DNA of 64,000 bases. Origin: an uncultured Victivallales bacterium (GTDB lineage: Bacteria > Verrucomicrobiota > Kiritimatiellia > UBA8416 > JABMPJ01). Location of the stretch: the NCBI GenBank assembly GCA_964345005.1, contig CAYFPQ010000003.1, positions 1,479 through 65,478 of the forward strand, in the 5' to 3' direction. A program made the position numbers and the translations under genes. This document shows, piece by piece, positions 43,825 to 54,188 of the stretch (the first letter of the stretch is position 1; every line of letters begins with the position of its first letter). The notes beneath the pieces are model-generated. The model was not told where the DNA came from, did not search any database, and saw only the letters and a list, made by a program, of their open reading frames with translations.

Positions 43825-44460
43825 TTACGGCTTGATCGTTTCGTAGGTATCCACGTCCACAAAGGCAAACGGGGTCTGGCTCCGGTTCAACAGGTACTTG
43901 TCCCGCTTGGTTACAAGGGCGCTCTTGACCACGTTGGCATCCTTCCACCAGACCTCGGAGAGTTTCGTAGCCGCCTCGGACTCCTGCGCAATCATCTCGC
44001 CCTTATGGTATATCTCCACGCCGAAACCTACCGGCGAGCCATAGCGCTCAATGGTATTCGGGCGCAGGAATACCGTCGCCACGTGCCCGCGTTTCTTGGC
44101 TATGTCAACGTAGCTTACGCGGGTTGTATAATAGGAGTAAGCTTTCTTGCCATCGACCGCACCCAGCCCGAGAACGTGGAACTCGAAGGTCAGCTCGTCC
44201 GTCCACTTGTCCTTCGTATCGTATTCCACGCTGAACTGCCACCACCTGCCGGGGCGAGTCACCCCCCTTGAAGCCGAGGTGTCATACTGGGGTGTTTCAA
44301 TTCTGGCGTTGCCGCCCTGCCATCCGAGCGTACGCAACCGTACGTTCCCGGCACCGGCACCGGCACCCGCGGCTGCTCGACGCTGCTGGGCTGAAGCCAT
44401 CCCGGCAATAAGAAAATGAACAAGAATAAAGATCAGACGGGGTTCTCGGCATCTCCTCAT
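43825..44460 (-). CDS. Secreted hypothetical protein (211 aa)
   Basis: Signal peptide LIFILVHFLIAGMASAQQ. No homology recognised. Same strand, between the prepilin gene and pilM. Confidence 0.4.
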   Translation of the reverse strand: MRRCREPRLIFILVHFLIAGMASAQQRRAAAGAGAGAGNVRLRTLGWQGGNARIETPQYDTSASRGVTRPGRWWQFSVEYDTKDKWTDELTFEFHVLGLGAVDGKKAYSYYTTRVSYVDIAKKRGHVATVFLRPNTIERYGSPVGFGVEIYHKGEMIAQESEAATKLSEVWWKDANVVKSALVTKRDKYLLNRSQTPFAFVDVDTYETIKP

Positions 44461-44581
44461 TGCTCAGCTCTCCTCTCTGTATGCCGCAGACCAAGCCTGA
44501 GGCAGATCGATCATGCAGATGGGACCGTTACTATACGAAGAGCGCCCTTTGAAAGCAAGACCTCACGCACCCTTTGCAACC

Positions 44582-45241
44582 TTACGGTGCACGCCGCGTT
44601 TCCAGGTGACCATCGACAAAGACAACGTTGGCCTGATCCCTGTGCCAAAACGCAAGGCTGTTCGTGTCCGTGAAGAAGGACCCATCATCCGGCATTTGCA
44701 GCCGGGCCTCCTCCACCTCGCCAAACATGATCTTCTTGCTCGCGTCACGCAGCGCCAGCACGCCGGGCGCTCCAGTGCCCTCATTCCCGCAAAGATCCGA
44801 GGACATCGCGTAGCTGCGCACGACGTCCTGGTTGTTCTCGGCAGCCTTCTTGACATGAGTCGGGCAAGCATACACCTCAATCCGATCGCCCATATATGGC
44901 CAGAGATCACCGCCCCGAATATTGTTCTCCCCATCTGCTCCAATGTAAGTGTACGTATCCGGAGAATCCCAGTCCTTCCAGTGAATCCAGCCCATGTGCT
45001 TCCGATCAGCTTCTTCTTCATCAATATAGCTGACACCCCGGCAATACCATCCTGCCTCGGCGCCTCTGGAGACCATGCCCGCGTGAAGCTGTCTCAGGTT
45101 GGAGGCGCACCGCTTGGTCCACGCCTGTTCGCGCATACGGCCTAGGTTCGGCATAATCAGGGCCGCCAGCACGCCCATAATCGCGATCACCACCAACATT
45201 TCAATCAGCGTAAACCCACGCAGAAACATCTTCATATTCAT
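44582..45241 (-). CDS. Prepilin-type N-terminal cleavage/methylation protein with C-terminal H-X9-DG (DUF1559-like) domain
   Basis: ATG at 45241 with an AGGAAGGG RBS. RGFTLIEMLVVIAIMGVLAAL. C-terminal ANVVFVDGHLE. Confidence 0.8.
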   Translation of the reverse strand: MNMKMFLRGFTLIEMLVVIAIMGVLAALIMPNLGRMREQAWTKRCASNLRQLHAGMVSRGAEAGWYCRGVSYIDEEEADRKHMGWIHWKDWDSPDTYTYIGADGENNIRGGDLWPYMGDRIEVYACPTHVKKAAENNQDVVRSYAMSSDLCGNEGTGAPGVLALRDASKKIMFGEVEEARLQMPDDGSFFTDTNSLAFWHRDQANVVFVDGHLETRRAP

Positions 45242-45353
45242 GCCCTTCCTCCGAAAACAACGCCCCCGCCGGCACCATGACCATTCGGTGTAGACCATAG
45301 GGATTGACACTCTCAGTCGCAAGCCAAATGCCAAATCAGAGCCGCGACACTTC

Positions 45354-45381
45354 TCATCAAGATCAGGTCATCAAGATCAGA
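45354..45381. promoter_or_regulatory. Perfect tandem direct repeat TCATCAAGATCAG x2 (14-nt period) in the divergent promoter region
   Basis: tcatcaagatcaggtcatcaagatcaga. A TATAAT hexamer at 45486..45491 and GGAGG precede the ATG at 45514. Confidence 0.4.
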
Positions 45382-45513
45382 GAGAATCCTCGTTTGACTC
45401 TCCCCCCCCAAACCGCTATATTAGTTGTAGATCATAGGTTAGTAATGCCTTTAGCTCCGAACGGAAGCAAGGCGTTGAGGTCTTATATAATATAGCTACA
45501 CTGGAGGTTTCTC

Positions 45514-46731
45514 ATGCGACTCGTCACACATAAGCGGCACCTGCAGGGTTCAGCACTGTTGATGGCCATCCTCGCAGTTGCCATGATTCCCGCGGGATCG
45601 GCGAATGCCATCGTTAAGACCAACTCGGTCCCATACGCCAACGACTTCGAGGCGGCCGGGACAATCATCCACACCAACGCGCTCGGGTGGAGCGGAGTCG
45701 ACACGAATTACGCCTATACAGTCGTCACCAGCTACACGGCGACCGCCGGCTGGCCCATCTCGGGCGCCCACACCGCCGTGGCCCAACTCGATACGCAGGG
45801 CGATACCATCACGAATATTCTGTCGGGATCCAGCAACACTGACACGAACTACTGGATCGACATGAACATCCGAATGGTCAGCAGCGACGCCGAGCCGTCT
45901 GCCGTGACGAATGACTCCGAAGTCCAGGTAGCCATCTACCTCAGTTCGAGCAGCAATCTGGTCGCCTATCACGCCATGCCGGACGATCCGGCCGTGTTCG
46001 ATACGGCGTCTACCAACTATTTCACGACGCTGAGCCACGCGGCCATTGAGAATGAAAGCTGGCACCGCTTGACGGTACAGATGGACTACAAGACAACTGG
46101 CGATCCATTAGGCTACGGCCTCGATCATGACTGGTTCAGAATCCTCTTGGATGGCGTCGCCATCTCGAATGCCACCATGGCGTGGGACATCACTGATCTG
46201 GAAGCTGGGCCCGGCGGCGAGTGGTTCCTCTGCGCCAATTCCAACATCGGCACCAACCGCACACTGAACGCGACGCTGCTGTCCGGCACAGGCTACTTCG
46301 ATGATTTCGTCGCAACCAACGGCGAACCCACGTACGCGGTGACGACATACTACACGAACGGGGTCCCGAGCTACTGGCTGACCGGGTTTAGCCTGGAGCT
46401 GAACAATTCGGCGAGTGGCGCACTGTATAACGTCGATAACGACGTGCATCCCGCTTGGGCGGAATGGCTCCTTGGCACCGACCCGACCATCAGCAACGAC
46501 TTCCTGCTCACGGTTGAGTCCAACGGCGGCACCAACACGGTGAAGTGGGTGGCCGACGGCATGATGGACTCGAGCGCGCCGGACATCATGATCAAGAAGA
46601 GCACCAACCTGCTCGAGAGCTACTCCAGCACGCAGACACACGATCGTAGCACGATGTCTGTAGGCACCAACATGTGGGAAGATACCACGGGTGGCGATGC
46701 CATGTACCGGCTGGGTGTAAACAGCAACTAA
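45514..46731 (+). CDS. Secreted protein (405 aa), paralogous to the N-terminal module of the downstream 2423-aa protein
   Basis: Signal peptide ALLMAILAVAMIPAGSANA. SVPYANDFEAAG resembles DPYSQDFESGWTTG of the next gene. Ser/Thr/Asn-rich. Confidence 0.5.
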   Translation: MRLVTHKRHLQGSALLMAILAVAMIPAGSANAIVKTNSVPYANDFEAAGTIIHTNALGWSGVDTNYAYTVVTSYTATAGWPISGAHTAVAQLDTQGDTITNILSGSSNTDTNYWIDMNIRMVSSDAEPSAVTNDSEVQVAIYLSSSSNLVAYHAMPDDPAVFDTASTNYFTTLSHAAIENESWHRLTVQMDYKTTGDPLGYGLDHDWFRILLDGVAISNATMAWDITDLEAGPGGEWFLCANSNIGTNRTLNATLLSGTGYFDDFVATNGEPTYAVTTYYTNGVPSYWLTGFSLELNNSASGALYNVDNDVHPAWAEWLLGTDPTISNDFLLTVESNGGTNTVKWVADGMMDSSAPDIMIKKSTNLLESYSSTQTHDRSTMSVGTNMWEDTTGGDAMYRLGVNSN

Positions 46732-46753
46732 CGTTCGCAGAATTGTAAACACG

Positions 46754-46796
46754 AGAACGCGGTTCCGGACCATCTCCGGAGCCGCGTTTCTTTTTT
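46754..46796 (+). terminator. Rho-independent terminator
   Basis: GAACGCGGTTCCGG-accatct-CCGGAGCCGCGTTTC followed by TTTTTTG, 23 nt after the stop of the 405-aa gene. Confidence 0.65.
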
Positions 46797-46948
46797 GCAC
46801 TATTTTCACAGCCCTTTGACAATCCTGCGCTCGTCTTTCGTCCTTGGTTTCAGTATAGTGAGTGTGGATAAAAAGGGGGCTGGTGCGCCCAGCGTGGCAT
46901 ACGACGTGCTTCTATAAGAAGCATGCAGAGAAACGGCAGGTGTTTCAG

Positions 46949-49900
46949 ATGCGTTTGGTAGATTCAGTATGGCTCTTGATGGCGGTGGTTCCGGCTCTGG
47001 TATCCCCCTTGGCCACGGCCGACCCTTACAGCCAGGACTTCGAATCCGGGTGGACAACCGGCTCTTTTGTCACCGAAACGAATGCCGATGGCTGGGTGGT
47101 CTCGGAGGGGATGATAAGGGGAAGTGGTATCGGATATCCGACTCCAAACGGATCATACGCTTGCTTTCTTAACCAGCTCAACGGCGATACCCCTCCCGAA
47201 CCCTATGTTCAGACGCCCGCCCTTACAAACGGGATCGGGACGCTTACCTTCGATGCGGCAGGCAGAAGCGCCACAACACCTCAGGAACTGACCATTGAAG
47301 TGTCAACCAACGGCAGCAGTTGGACCGTTCATTCGGTCGTCACCAACAGTGCCAACATAAACTGGGAAGCGTACAGTGTCGTTATCAACCTCTACGGCAT
47401 GCGCTACATACGGCTGCGCAAGACCGCGGACGATGGAGCCAGCGGCACCTATCTAGGACTTGAAGACATTCAGATCTCGGTTCCTCCTGCCTACGTTGAG
47501 GTCACTGGCATTGTACAGTCTCCGTCACCCGCTGTCGTACAGACCGCCACAACCAATACGGTAACGATCATGCCTTATGAAGGCGCTACCAGCCTGGACC
47601 CGTACCTTCTCTACAGCACGGATGAGGGCGGCTCCTTCGCCACCAACGATCTGCTCGCCACCGTCAGCAACCAGTTCGTCACCACCTTCCCCGGCATTCC
47701 GGCGCAGGAATCGCCCGGCACCGTGGTCGACTACTACATTCGCACCGTGTTCGATGACGGCGGCACCACACGCACGAACCTCTGGCCCGAAGGCGCACCG
47801 GGCGTCACGACCAACTATGTGGTCGAGTGGCGTTCCACGGATATCTTCACGAACACCACCTACAACGGCTGGGCGCTGACCAACGGCCTGATCTACCAGG
47901 GCTCCTCATGGTTCAACGTTCTCGGCCAGGGATCGGGAACGCCCTCCCTGACGTCCATACTCCACCCCAACGGTATCGGGGTCGTGTCCTTCGACATGAA
48001 GAACAACCTTTCGACCAACCTCATCACGTTCGAGATTCAGCGATCCGCGGACGGGGCAACCTGGAACACCACGCTGGCAACCGTTACGAACGGTTCCGCG
48101 GCTCTTACGAACTACTCCTTGACGGTGAACCACTACGACCCCGCCTATGTGCGCATCATCAAGACTGGTGACGACAGCAGCGCGTATCACCACCTTGTCA
48201 TCAACAATCTCTCCGTCACCGAGCCCTCTTCCTACGTCCTGTTCTCCAACCTCGTAGTGAACCCCGAGCCCCCCCACTCGGGCGGCACCGTGGACATCAA
48301 TGTCGATATCGAGCCCTTCGCGGGGGCCAACAACATCTTTGCGACACTCTACTATGCGTTCAGCGATACCAATCGCCCATTCACCAGCACCATTGACATG
48401 GAGCACCTTGGCGACAACGAGTACCGCACGATCGAGCCGGTGACCATCTCGGGACTCCCCGGCGAGACGTTCAACTTCTACATTGAGGCCTCGTTCCAGG
48501 GCACCGCCCCCGACTCTCCCGCCACCCATCCGGAATCCGGCACTCAACAACGTTTCATAGGCGCCCCCGTGCTCCAAGCCACCTACACGAATGTGATTGT
48601 GACCGGCAGCGCCACAACAAACCTCTTCGCCGCTACGAACCATTTCTGGCGCGGCGTTGTCGATGCTACCAACGGCTTGACCAACCCCAATTTCTACTTC
48701 CAGACCGAATCCAACACATGGGGCGATGCCGTGCAGACCTCCAACACAACGCCATTCGTTGGCGAAGCCGATCTGGGCGATACCATCACGATCCAGGAGA
48801 CGCTCAACCGCTACATCTATTTTGCCTTCTTTGACGGCGTATCGAACGAATCCTATCAAGTCTCCGAATGCGAATACGTCAACTTCAACGGCTGGAACGA
48901 GACCACCTTCGGAAGCCATAGCAATCCGGATGGCTGGAACTTGGGCGGCCGGATGAACGATACGTCCACTAACGAGACGGACAAATCATTCGATGGTCGC
49001 TATGCCATGCTCAAGCACGGCGAGTCGGACGAATGGCTCCGCTCCCCGTCTCTCCCCGATGGCCTGGGATCGATCAGCTTCTGGTATCGCAACTGGTACA
49101 ATAATGCGGCACAGCCGGCCGCGTTCCGAATCGAAAAGGCTCCGGGAGCAGGGGGACCGTGGACCGAAGTCGCGCTGGTGACGAATATACTTTCCGCCGA
49201 CTGGCTCTATTTCTCGGTCGCCGTATCGGACCCGGCATCATCCCATGTGCGCATTGCAAACGCCTCCGATATTGCGGCTCAATCGTGGCTCGGTCTGGAC
49301 GAGGTGGCCGTAACCGAACCCGGCTCCTCCGTCTCGTTCGGCGTCGCCACGAACAGTCCGGCTTCCCCCATTCTCGGCGATACCGTCACCGTAAGCGTGC
49401 CCGCTACGCCGCTGCGCGGCGCCACAAGCCTGGCCTGTTCCGTCTACTACCGCTGGGGCAGCAGCGCGCCATTCACCGCCATTCCGGCCGCGCTGAACGG
49501 CGGCATTTTCAGCGCCGAGATCCCCCCCTCGCCGCAAGGCACGATCGAGTACTACTTCGCCTGCACCTTTGACGGCATCGAACCCCATCCGCTGTCGGAT
49601 CCGTCCGATGCTCCCGATAGCGTGCATAGCTTCGTCGTTTCAGGCGATCTTCCTCCAGAGCGGTTCCAGGACTTCGATGACGATCCCGGCTGGACCATTG
49701 GTAGTGACTTCACCAACCAGACATATGTGGGATGGGAAGTATGGGACTCTCGCGTGGTGGGTACAGGTATCGGCAAGGTTCCACCCTATTCATCGCCCTA
49801 CAAGTGCTCCCTGAACGCGCTGCTCGATGGCGGCGTGGATGCGGGCCAGCCGGGCGCTCCTTATCTCCAGTCGCCTCTGACATCCAACGGCGTCGGAAGC

Positions 49901-52900
49901 ATCACCTTCTTCTCCCGCTCCCGGATCAGCAATCCTCAGGTTTCCGCGATTCAGACCAAACCGGATGGGGGTGTCACATGGACGACCGTGGCACAGTTCA
50001 CGAACAGTTCTACCGCCTATGTGACCAACTCCGTCTACCTGAACACCTACCAGGATCTTTATGTCAAGGTGGTCAAGCTCGATGACCAGGGGCAGAAGAA
50101 CCAGTACCTTGCCATCGACGACATCTACATAACCTACCCGCCATCAGACGTTACTATCAGCAACGTCTACCATGCCCCCGCCTACCCCGCTCAAAACCAG
50201 GACCTGACCGTCTATGCCGACATGGGGCAAGTCAACCCGAACTACCCCGCTTTTGGATTCGAGCCCGTCATCGTTCACCGCCAAGGCAGCGGTCCATGGG
50301 CAACCAACAGCATGGGTCTGGTCAGCGGGAGCACTTACGGCGGCACGATCCCCGCCTATCCCCCCGGCAACGTGGAGTACTATGTGCGTTGCGATTTCGA
50401 TGGGGTCTACTACCAGTCGGGCAGTTATAGCGAGAACCGCAGCCCCGCCTTCTCGCCGGATGCCGAGCATACCGAGGCCCTGCCTGCCACTTTCCACGGC
50501 TACAACGTCCGCTACTACCGCTCCGATTTCGAGACCATCGCTGTCACCGGAAACTTCGATACAGCCGAAAGTGAGCTCATCGCAAACGATACCTGGCAGG
50601 GACTGTTCTATGTGGACGGAACCAACCAACTCACGATCGGACTCAACGGAACCGGATACGCCCTCAACAGCCAGCAGAGTCCCAGCAATACCTACTGGGG
50701 TGACTCCGATCAGTGGCAATCCAGCCTTCCTGCCGTCGGCACACTCGATCTCAATGGATCCAACATCGTCTTCGACGGGGTGTTCAGCGGCTACTACCTC
50801 CTGCGGTTCGACATGGAAACCGGCGACTACCGGGTTCTTGCCGCCGACTGGCAGGACTTCGATACCTGGCCGCTCCACGACACGCAATTCGCCGAAGGCG
50901 CTCAGGGCGACGCCCCAACCTCCGAACAGGAGACCTTCAACGATTGGACGCTCAGTGCTGACGAAAGCGTAGAAACATATTTCGAGGGAACGTGGACAAA
51001 CCGCTTCGACTGGGAAGACTCGGAAGTCGGCGAGTCCGACGTGCCAGACAACTACTGGCTCGCGGAAAAATTCAGGATCGTCAACACGGACTCCAACTCG
51101 AACCATCGAATCGAGTTCAGAGACATCGCCGGGGAAGGCCGCATCCGGCCACACTACGACCACTACAACTGGGGCGACCTTCGCGGCGCCGGAACAATGT
51201 CCTTCAAGTACCGTGCCACGGACACGAATACTTACCGGGTAGTTTGCGCAGAAGCAGGCAGCGGGAGTTGGTCGAACTATACCTATGCGGCTTCCATCGT
51301 TGGCGAGGGCGACAACACGGACGAGGGGTGCTACTGGTCATTGCTTTATCACTATCAGGATGCCAACAACTACTACGAGATGCGTGTCATTGCGACAAAC
51401 TCGAATCAGCTCGTGATGCAGATCGTCAAGCACTTCGGCGGGGTTGAATCTATTGTAAACACCAGCTCGGCATTCTCTGGCCAGCTCAACAACAATGCCA
51501 GTATATCAGCGAAGGTCTTTGTTGACGGAGACGGAGTCGACCATGAAGGCTACTACAACGGTGGCAACTGGCGGGTGAGATATCTCAACGAGTCCACTGA
51601 CATCATTGGCGACGGAGGCATCGGGCTTGCCGCCCACGATGTCAACATGATCATTGATGCCGTTGAGGTGTCGGCGGGCGAGGACTATGAAGAGGACTTC
51701 AATTCCACGCCCTCAGACTGGAGCGATCCAGCATGGAACTTCGATGTCAGCACTGGTACGTATCGGCGTGAAGGGCGCTATGCCGGCGGATTGGGCTTCA
51801 CGGTTTATTCATCGCTACTGACACCGGGACCGTGGACCCTCCAGAATCCCTTGGATTGGATTGCGGAGGTCGTCTACACAAACATCACCACACTGGGCTA
51901 TGTCCAGACCACAGCCAACGTTCACCGGCCCGACACCTACGCTACACCGATTCTGAAACACACGGACGGCTACGGGAGCCTTCGTTTTGACAATCTCGCC
52001 GCAACAAGCTGGCAAGGCGACGATGTCACGCACAACACACCTTCCTCCGCTTGGATAATGGGCGATGGGTGGATCGACAACGACGATCCGTACGACGGCA
52101 GATACTGCGAACTGCGCGCCTCACGCGCCATGTACACGACCGACTTCAACCAGTATCTACGCTCACCGCTGATGAGCAGCGCCGGCCCGGTCAACTTCAT
52201 GTATCGTACAGGTGGTTCGGATGCAGAGATCGCGATCCGCTGGAAACCCGATGGCGGTTCCTATGTGGGCGTCACCAACCTAACGCTGCCCGCGGAAGCC
52301 GACTGGACCAGCTTCTCCTACCCCATCAACACAAATGCACCGGGGTTTGTCCAGCTTGCACACATCTCTTCTAACATGAATGCCCGCCTCTTGATCGACG
52401 ACCTCACCTTCTTCGACTATCACCAGGCCAGCACGAACACCTGGGTCGCCTACAACGCGCTGCTCACGCAGCAGCAGGAAGACAAGCTCTACCGCTCCGA
52501 GGGACGCAGCGGCTACCTCAATCACGATGACGATACGGACACGCTATTCGGCCGCGTCTTCGCCGACGCGCCCTATATCCGGTCGCCCTACCTGCGCGAG
52601 GGCATCGGCGAAATCAGCTTCTGGTACCGCAACTGGTCCACCAACGGCGGTCTCGATACCAGCCTGCTTGTCGTTGAGACCTCACCCGACACAACAACAT
52701 GGACGCCCTTGGCTACGATCGCCGTCGACAACGATGTCTACACCCGTCACGTTATCACCGCATACGATACGGACAACCACTTCGTCCGCTTCCGAAACGA
52801 CACCTCCGGCGAAGATCCCCCCGACCGCCTCTGCCTCGACAGCATCCTCGTCGCCGCGCCCATCGCCACCGACCTCATCGTCAGCAACGCCTGGACCATT

Positions 52901-54133
52901 CCGCCAATCCCGGTCTACACGAATACGGTCAAGATCCGCGCCGAGCTGACCGACTTCATTCTCAGCCCCTCGAATGTCGATGTGAATGCCTATTGGAAAC
53001 TCGGCACCAACGACTGGGCCACCTGGGAGTACTACAGCGGCACCCCAATGAGTATGAGCGAGCTCGTCTCCGAGCAGTACACCAACAACGGCCGCACCGT
53101 CTACGTCTACGAGACCGACGGCTCCATCCCCGCACAGGATGCCGACGAGGTCGTCCAATACTTCGTTCGCGCCAGTTTCGACGGCGAACTCTTCGCCAAC
53201 GCGACCAGCCCACGCCTCTTCAAGAGCGGATTCCAAAATCCTGCCGCCTACGAACCGGCCGACTACAATGAGCAACATGGGGGTGGCACCAATGTCGTCC
53301 CCTACTACGTCGTCTACTCCTGCCCGCCGGGATCGGTGTGGATTAATGAGATCAACATCCTTGAGAACACCTACCCTTGGGGAGACTATGAGTACGTTGA
53401 ATTGTGTGGTCTAAGCGGCATAGACCTTACTGGATGGAGGCTTGTAATTGAGGATGCAGCCTACAGCACCAGCGGAATGTATACCGTGTGGAACAATACA
53501 ACACTAGGGTGGGACACGAATGGGTTTGGATTCTGGGTTCTTGGCGATACTGCCGTCAGTCCAGATCAGACGTTCACCAACAACCCTGACGCTGAAGGCA
53601 ACAACCTCCCGCATACGGGGGGAATCAGTCTCTTCAGAAGCATAGGGGCACTTGAGATGTCCGTCAGCTACTATTCAGAATTCGGAAGCCAGTTTGATGC
53701 TCTGTCTATGACAAACAGAGGGTTCACCTGTATCGATATTGCTGACTCTTGGCTGGACACAGAGCCACTTGCGCTTGTAGGAACAGGCAGTTCCGTGAAC
53801 GACTTCACTTGGTCTGCGTCTTCAGGTGGTTACACCCCAGGATCTGTCAACTACTCTCAGTCTCTTCTCGATGTCAACAACCCTCCTTCCGTCCTGACCA
53901 TAGGGAATGTCTGGAGCGACACAACGAATACGTGGATCACGTTCCTCGTCTCGCCTACCGACCGTATGATCACAAACTCCGACGCCTGGTACTCCACCAA
54001 CCTGCTGGTCCCGGGATGGGTGCAGATCTCCAATGGCGGCTACAGCGGTTCCGGCGGCAGCTACACCCAGTGGTTCGACGTCATGACCAACGCCCCGATC
54101 TTCTACAAGATCGAGGCCAAGGACGATCAGTAA
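46949..54133 (+). CDS. Secreted 2423-aa (7.3-kb ORF) surface/adhesin-like protein with internally repeated modules and a C-terminal lamin-tail-like domain
   Basis: ATG at 46949 with an AGGTG RBS. Signal peptide LLMAVVPALVSPLATA. Recurrent module (Y/C-x-L...SP-x-L...G(I/V)GSISFWYRNW) seen at least four times. C-terminal VWINEINILENTYPWGDYEYVELCGLSGIDLTGWRLVI (LTD-like). Confidence 0.7.
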   Translation: MRLVDSVWLLMAVVPALVSPLATADPYSQDFESGWTTGSFVTETNADGWVVSEGMIRGSGIGYPTPNGSYACFLNQLNGDTPPEPYVQTPALTNGIGTLTFDAAGRSATTPQELTIEVSTNGSSWTVHSVVTNSANINWEAYSVVINLYGMRYIRLRKTADDGASGTYLGLEDIQISVPPAYVEVTGIVQSPSPAVVQTATTNTVTIMPYEGATSLDPYLLYSTDEGGSFATNDLLATVSNQFVTTFPGIPAQESPGTVVDYYIRTVFDDGGTTRTNLWPEGAPGVTTNYVVEWRSTDIFTNTTYNGWALTNGLIYQGSSWFNVLGQGSGTPSLTSILHPNGIGVVSFDMKNNLSTNLITFEIQRSADGATWNTTLATVTNGSAALTNYSLTVNHYDPAYVRIIKTGDDSSAYHHLVINNLSVTEPSSYVLFSNLVVNPEPPHSGGTVDINVDIEPFAGANNIFATLYYAFSDTNRPFTSTIDMEHLGDNEYRTIEPVTISGLPGETFNFYIEASFQGTAPDSPATHPESGTQQRFIGAPVLQATYTNVIVTGSATTNLFAATNHFWRGVVDATNGLTNPNFYFQTESNTWGDAVQTSNTTPFVGEADLGDTITIQETLNRYIYFAFFDGVSNESYQVSECEYVNFNGWNETTFGSHSNPDGWNLGGRMNDTSTNETDKSFDGRYAMLKHGESDEWLRSPSLPDGLGSISFWYRNWYNNAAQPAAFRIEKAPGAGGPWTEVALVTNILSADWLYFSVAVSDPASSHVRIANASDIAAQSWLGLDEVAVTEPGSSVSFGVATNSPASPILGDTVTVSVPATPLRGATSLACSVYYRWGSSAPFTAIPAALNGGIFSAEIPPSPQGTIEYYFACTFDGIEPHPLSDPSDAPDSVHSFVVSGDLPPERFQDFDDDPGWTIGSDFTNQTYVGWEVWDSRVVGTGIGKVPPYSSPYKCSLNALLDGGVDAGQPGAPYLQSPLTSNGVGSITFFSRSRISNPQVSAIQTKPDGGVTWTTVAQFTNSSTAYVTNSVYLNTYQDLYVKVVKLDDQGQKNQYLAIDDIYITYPPSDVTISNVYHAPAYPAQNQDLTVYADMGQVNPNYPAFGFEPVIVHRQGSGPWATNSMGLVSGSTYGGTIPAYPPGNVEYYVRCDFDGVYYQSGSYSENRSPAFSPDAEHTEALPATFHGYNVRYYRSDFETIAVTGNFDTAESELIANDTWQGLFYVDGTNQLTIGLNGTGYALNSQQSPSNTYWGDSDQWQSSLPAVGTLDLNGSNIVFDGVFSGYYLLRFDMETGDYRVLAADWQDFDTWPLHDTQFAEGAQGDAPTSEQETFNDWTLSADESVETYFEGTWTNRFDWEDSEVGESDVPDNYWLAEKFRIVNTDSNSNHRIEFRDIAGEGRIRPHYDHYNWGDLRGAGTMSFKYRATDTNTYRVVCAEAGSGSWSNYTYAASIVGEGDNTDEGCYWSLLYHYQDANNYYEMRVIATNSNQLVMQIVKHFGGVESIVNTSSAFSGQLNNNASISAKVFVDGDGVDHEGYYNGGNWRVRYLNESTDIIGDGGIGLAAHDVNMIIDAVEVSAGEDYEEDFNSTPSDWSDPAWNFDVSTGTYRREGRYAGGLGFTVYSSLLTPGPWTLQNPLDWIAEVVYTNITTLGYVQTTANVHRPDTYATPILKHTDGYGSLRFDNLAATSWQGDDVTHNTPSSAWIMGDGWIDNDDPYDGRYCELRASRAMYTTDFNQYLRSPLMSSAGPVNFMYRTGGSDAEIAIRWKPDGGSYVGVTNLTLPAEADWTSFSYPINTNAPGFVQLAHISSNMNARLLIDDLTFFDYHQASTNTWVAYNALLTQQQEDKLYRSEGRSGYLNHDDDTDTLFGRVFADAPYIRSPYLREGIGEISFWYRNWSTNGGLDTSLLVVETSPDTTTWTPLATIAVDNDVYTRHVITAYDTDNHFVRFRNDTSGEDPPDRLCLDSILVAAPIATDLIVSNAWTIPPIPVYTNTVKIRAELTDFILSPSNVDVNAYWKLGTNDWATWEYYSGTPMSMSELVSEQYTNNGRTVYVYETDGSIPAQDADEVVQYFVRASFDGELFANATSPRLFKSGFQNPAAYEPADYNEQHGGGTNVVPYYVVYSCPPGSVWINEINILENTYPWGDYEYVELCGLSGIDLTGWRLVIEDAAYSTSGMYTVWNNTTLGWDTNGFGFWVLGDTAVSPDQTFTNNPDAEGNNLPHTGGISLFRSIGALEMSVSYYSEFGSQFDALSMTNRGFTCIDIADSWLDTEPLALVGTGSSVNDFTWSASSGGYTPGSVNYSQSLLDVNNPPSVLTIGNVWSDTTNTWITFLVSPTDRMITNSDAWYSTNLLVPGWVQISNGGYSGSGGSYTQWFDVMTNAPIFYKIEAKDDQ

Positions 54134-54188
54134 GCCAGGGAACAGGTAACCGCGACAGAACACACGGAACGCGAGAACTCGCCTGCAC

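Noticed and set aside
43720-43948. ORFs 43720..44271 (+) and 43730..43948 (-) encoding NRNRNHNPDYDYD / YDYDYDYD peptides
   Set aside because: Translation artefacts of the hexamer repeat hairpin. This region is better explained as regulatory DNA.
46816-46859. TTGACA (46816..46821) and TATAGT (46854..46859) upstream of the giant gene considered as a sigma-70 promoter
   Set aside because: The spacer is 32 nt, far from the 16 to 19 nt optimum. Not reported as a promoter.
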